Positions 58,855-64,000 of a stretch of 64,000 bases of DNA are shown here, in pieces. Each line of letters begins with the position of its first letter. The first letter of the stretch is position 1. A model generated the notes under the pieces. That model was not told the DNA's origin. It saw nothing but the letters and a program-made list of their open reading frames with translations, and made no database searches. The stretch is from the human T2T-CHM13v2.0 reference genome, Homo sapiens, in assembly GCF_009914755.1 (NCBI RefSeq), contig NC_060933.1; one strand, written 5' to 3'. Position numbers and translations under genes: made by a program.

Positions 58855-61800
58855 GAATGGATTCAACAAGAATGGAATGGAAAGGAATGGAATCAACCCG
58901 AGTGTAATGGCATGGAATGGAACGGAATGGAATGGGATGGAATGGAATGGTATGGAATAGAATGGAATGGAATGAAATGGAATAGAATGGAATGGAATGG
59001 AATGGAATGGAATGAACCCGTGTGCAATGGAATGGAATGGAATGGAATGGAATGGATTCAACTCGAATGGAATCAACACGATTGCAATGGAATGGAATGG
59101 AATTGAAAGGAATAGAATGGAATCAACCCGAGTGGAATGGAATGGAAAGGACTGGAATGGAGTGGAATGGAATGGAATGGAATTAACCCGAATAGAATGA
59201 AATGGAACGGAATGGAATGGAATGTAATGGAATGGAATGGAATGGAATCAACCCGAGTGCAGGGGAATGGAATGGAATGGAATGCAATGGAATGGAATCA
59301 TCCGGAATGGAATGGAATGGAAAGGAATGGAATGGAATGGAATCAACTCGATTTCAATGGAAATGGAATGGAATAGAATGGAATGGAATTAACACGAATA
59401 GAATGGAATGGAATGGAATTGAATGGAACAGAAAGGAATGGAATGGAATGGAATCAACCCAAGTGCAGGGGAATGGAATGGAATGGAATTCAATGGAATG
59501 GAATCATCCGGAATGGAATGGAATGGAATGGAATGGAATGGAATGGAATGGAATGGAATCAACCCGAGTGCAATGGAATGGAGAGGAATGGAATGGAATG
59601 GAATGGAAACTACACGAATCGAATGGAATGTAATGGAGTGTAAGGGAATTGAATAGAATGAATCCGAATGGAATGGAATGGAAAGGAATGGAATGGAATG
59701 GAATGGAATGGAATGGAATGCAATGCCATGGAATCAACCCGAGTGCAATCGAATGGAATCGAATGGAATGGAATGCAATGGAATGGATTCAACTTGAATG
59801 GAATGGAAAGAATGGAATCAACACGAGTGGAATGGCATGGATTGGAATGGAATGGAATGGACTCAACCCGAGTACAGGGGAATGGAATGGAATGGAATGA
59901 AATGGAATGGAATCATCCGTAATGTAATGGAAAGGAATGGAATGGAATGGAATGGAATGGAATCAACTCTATTGCAATCGAATGGAATGGAATGGAATTA
60001 ACCCGAATAGAATGGAATGGAATGGAATGGAATGGAATGGAACGGAACGGAATGGAATGGAATGGAATGGAAAGGAACGGAAAGGAATGGAATGGAACGG
60101 AATGGAATGGAATGGAATGGAATGGAATCAACGCGAGTGCAGGGGAATGGAATGGAATGGAATGCAATGGAATGGAATCTTCCGGAATGGAATGGAATGG
60201 AATGGAATGGAATCAACCCGAGTGCAATGGAATGGAGTGGAATGGAATGGAATGGAATGGAACAACCCGAATGGAATGGAATGTAATGGAGAGTAAAGGA
60301 GTTGAATAGAATCATTCCGAATGTAATGGAATGGAATGGAACGGAATGGAATTGAATGGAATGGAATGGAATGCAATGGAATGGAATCAACCCGAGTGCA
60401 ATGGAATGGAGAGGAATGGAATGGAATGGAATGGAAACTACCCGAATGGAATGGAATGTAATGGAGTGTAAGGGAATTGAATAGAATCAATCCGAATGTA
60501 ATGGAATGGAATGGAACGGAATGGAATGGAATGGAATGGAATGGAATGGAATGGAATGGAATGGAATCAACCCGAGTGCAATCGAATGGAATCGAATGGA
60601 ATGCAATGCAATGGAATGGATTCAACTTGAATGGAATGGAACTAATGGAATCAACACGAGTGGAATGGCATGGATTGGAATGGAATGGAATGGAATCAAC
60701 CCGAGTACAGGGGAATGGAATGGAATGGAATGCAATGGAATGGAATCATCCGTAATGGAATGGAAAGGAATGGAATGGAATGGAATGGAATGGAATGGAA
60801 TGGAATGGAATGGAATGGAATCAACTCGATTGCAATCGAATGGAATGGAATGGAATTAACCCGAATAGAATGGAATGGAATGGATTGGAACGGAACGGAA
60901 TGGAATGGAATGGAATGGAATGGAATGGAACGGAACGGAACGGAACGGAATGGAATGGAATGGAATGGAATGGAAAGGAATCAACGCGAGTGCAGGGGAA
61001 TGGAAAGGAATGGAATGCAATGGAATGGAATCTTCCGGAATGGAATGGAATGGAATGGAATGGAATGGAATGGAATCAACCCGAGTGCAATGGAATGGAG
61101 TGGAATGGAATGGAATGGAACAACCCGAATTGAATGGAATGTAATGGAGAGTAAGGGAGTTGAATAGAATCAATCCGAATGTAATGGAATGGAATGAAAC
61201 GGAATGGAATTGAATGGAATGGAATGGAATGCATGGAATGGAATCAACCCGAGTTCAACGGAATGGAGAGGAATGGAATGGAATGGAATGGAAACTACCC
61301 GAATGGAATGGAATGGAATGGAGTGTAAGGGAATTGAATAGAATCAATCCGAATGTAATGGAATGGAATGGAACGGAATGGAATGGAATGGAATGGAATG
61401 GAATGGAATGGATTCAACAAGAATGGAATGGAAAGGAATGGAATCAACCCGAGTGTAATGGCATGGAATGGAACGGAATGGAATGGGATGGAATGGAATG
61501 GTATGGAATAGAATGGAATGGAATGAAATGGAATAGAATGGAATGGAATGGAATGGAATGGAATGAACCCGTGTGCAATGGAATGGAATGGAATGGAATG
61601 GAATGGATTCAACTCGAGTGGAATCAACACGATTGCAATGGAATGGAATGGAATTGAAAGGAATAGAATGGAATCAACCCGAGTGGAATGGAATGGAAAG
61701 GACTGGAATGGAGTGGAATGGAATGGAATGGAATGGAATTAACCCGAATAGAATGAAATGGAACGGAATGGAATGGAATGTAATGGAATGGAATGGAATG

Positions 61801-63945
61801 GAATCAACCCGAGTGCAGGGGAATGGAATGGAATGGAATGCAATGGAATGGAATCATCCGGAATGGAATGGAATGGAATGGAATGGAATCAACTCGATTT
61901 CAATGGAAATGGAATGGAATAGAATGGAATGGAATTAACACGAATAGAATGGAATGGAATGGAATTGAATGGAACAGAAAGGAATGGAATGGAATGGAAT
62001 CAACCCAAGTGCAGGGGAATGGAATGGAATGGAATTCAATGGAATGGAATCATCCGGAATGGAATGGAATGGAATGGAATGGAATGGAATGGAATGGAAT
62101 GGAATGGAATGGAATCAACCCGAGTGCAATGGAATGGAGAGGAATGGAATGGAATGGAATGGAAACTACACGAATCGAATGGAATGTAATGGAGTGTAAG
62201 GGAATTGAATAGAATGAATCCGAATGGAATGGAATGGAAAGGAATGGAATGGAATGGAATGGAATGGAATGGAATGCAATGCCATGGAATCAACCCGAGT
62301 GCAATCGAATGGAATCGAATGGAATGGAATGCAATGGAATGGATTCAACTTGAATGGAATGGAAAGAATGGAATCAACACGAGTGGAATGGCATGGATTG
62401 GAATGGAATGGAATGGAATCAACCCGAGTACAGGGGAATGGAATGGAATGGAATGAAATGGAATGGAATCATCCGTAATGTAATGGAAAGGAATGGAATG
62501 GAATGGAATGGAATGGAATCAACTCTATTGCAATCGAATGGAATGGAATGGAATTAACCCGAATAGAATGGAATGGAATGGAATGGAATGGAACGGAACG
62601 GAATGGAATGGAATGGAATGGAATGGAAAGGAACGGAAAGGAATGGAATGGAACGGAATGGAATGGAATGGAATGGAATGGAATCAACGCGAGTGCAGGG
62701 GAATGGAATGGAATGGAATGCAATGGAATGGAATCTTCCGGAATGGAATTGAATGGAATGGAATGGAATCAACCCGAGTGCAATGGAATGGAGTGGAATG
62801 GAATGGAATGGAATGGAACAACCCGAATGGAATGGAATGTAATGGAGAGTAAAGGAGTTGAATAGAATCATTCCGAATGTAATGGAATGGAATGGAACGG
62901 AATGGAATTGAATGGAATGGAATGGAATGCAATGGAATGGAATCAACCCGAGTGCAATGGAATGGAGAGGAATGGAATGGAATGGAATGGAAACTACCCG
63001 AATGGAATGGAATGTAATGGAGTGTAAGGGAATTGAATAGAATCAATCCGAATGTAATGGAATGGAATGGAACGGAATGGAATGGAATGGAATGGAATGG
63101 AATGGAATGGAATCAACCCGAGTGCAATCGAATGGAATCGAATGGAATGCAATGCAATGGAATGGATTCAACTTGAATGGAATGGAACTAATGGAATCAA
63201 CACGAGTGGAATGGCATGGATTGGAATGGAATGGAATGGAATCAACCCGAGTACAGGGGAATGGAATGGAATGGAATGCAATGGAATGGAATCATCCGTA
63301 ATGGAATGGAAAGGAATGGAATGGAATGGAATGGAATGGAATGGAATGGAATGGAATCAACTCGATTGCAATCGAATGGAATGGAATGGAATTAACCCGA
63401 ATAGAATGGAATGGAATGGAATGGAACGGAACGGAATGGAATGGAATGGAATGGAATGGAATGGAACGGAACGGAACGGAACGGAATGGAATGGAATGGA
63501 ATGGAATGGAAAGGAATCAACGCGAGTGCAGGGGAATGGAAAGGAATGGAATGCAATGGAATGGAATCTTCCGGAATGGAATGGAATGGAATGGAATGGA
63601 ATGGAATCAACCCGAGTGCAATGGAATGGAGTGGAATGGAATGGAATGGAACAACCCGAATTGAATGGAATGTAATGGAGAGTAAGGGAGTTGAATAGAA
63701 TCAATCCGAATGTAATGGAATGGAATGGAACGGAATGGAATTGAATGGAATGGAATGGAATGCATGGAATGGAATCAACCCGAGTTCAAAGGAATGGAGA
63801 GGAATGGAATGGAATGGAATGGAAACTACCCGAATGGAATGGAATGGAATGGAGTGTAAGGGAATTGAATAGAATCAATCCGAATGTAATGGAATGGAAT
63901 GGAATGGAACGGAATGGAATGGAATGGAATGGAATGGAATGGAAT
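58855..63945 (+). repeat. Recent tandem duplication, period ~2.53-2.56 kb (2 copies)
   Basis: ATTCAACAAG 58861/61412, AACCCGTGTGC 59015/61566, CTACACGAATCG 59610/62166, GCCATGG 59725/62281, AACTCTATTGC 59965/62521, GAGTAAAGGAG 60291/62847, GGAACTAATGG 60638/63184, GCATGG 1-bp deletion 61231/63762. Confidence 0.95.
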
Positions 63946-64000
63946 GGAATGCAATGGAATGGAATCAACCTGAGTGCAAACGAATGGAATCGAATGGAAT

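Larger units (their letters stand above)
1..64000 (+). repeat. Satellite III (HSat3) array: (GGAAT)n with interspersed CAACCCGAGT-type decamers; G-rich strand is +
   Basis: Seen: GGAAT pentamers from the first to the last base, with recurrent CAACCCGAGT / CAACACGAGT / CAACGCGAGT / CAACTCGATT / TAACCCGAAT decamers. Established: a (CATTC)n/(GGAAT)n repeat interspersed with an ACTCGGGTTG-like decamer defines classical human satellite 3. Confidence 0.98.

Noticed and set aside
1-64000. Hundreds of ORFs up to 397 aa (MEWNG.. / IPFHS..), e.g. 7633-8826 (-) and 50251-51279 (+)
   Set aside because: (GGAAT)n has no stop codon in any frame and contains an ATG every 5 bp. The ORFs overlap in all six frames and are pure 15-nt-period translations with no domain or codon signal.
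1-64000. CRISPR-like alternation of conserved motifs and spacers
   Set aside because: The intervening sequences are GGAAT runs rather than unique spacers. There are no cas genes or leader, and the context is eukaryotic satellite.
1-64000. Transposon insertion, inversion or unique-sequence island
   Set aside because: I saw no Alu/L1/poly(A)/TSD, no switch to CATTC on the + strand, and no non-satellite stretch longer than ~30 bp.
1-64000. HSat2, DYZ1 or alpha-satellite assignment
   Set aside because: There is no HSat2-type CATTCGATTC/GATGATTC-dominated consensus, no strict ~3.6-kb period and no 171-bp monomer. Long pure GGAAT runs plus CAACCCGAGT fit HSat3.

Overview
The whole 64-kb window is primate (most likely human) Satellite III / HSat3 pericentromeric DNA: (GGAAT)n on the + strand, punctuated every ~30-100 bp by decamers of the CAACCCGAGT family. 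I saw no genes, RNA genes, transposon insertions, CRISPR arrays or strand inversions. All listed ORFs are translation artefacts of the stop-free pentamer (MEWNG/IPFHS). The structure worth reading is in the variant motifs. They form a small set of modules with a ~0.8-0.95 kb loop and a ~2.3-4.4 kb longer unit. On top of these sit recent tandem duplications (~1.5 kb, ~0.93 kb, ~5.4/5.7 kb, ~2.55 kb) and dispersed paralogous blocks that can be traced by private variants. The most functionally suggestive signal is a recurrent GGAATCTTCCGGAAT, a perfect three-unit heat-shock element (nGAAnnTTCnnGAAn), with about 45 copies by eye. I cannot support a novel protein-coding system here. Counts and block boundaries were made by eye and are approximate.
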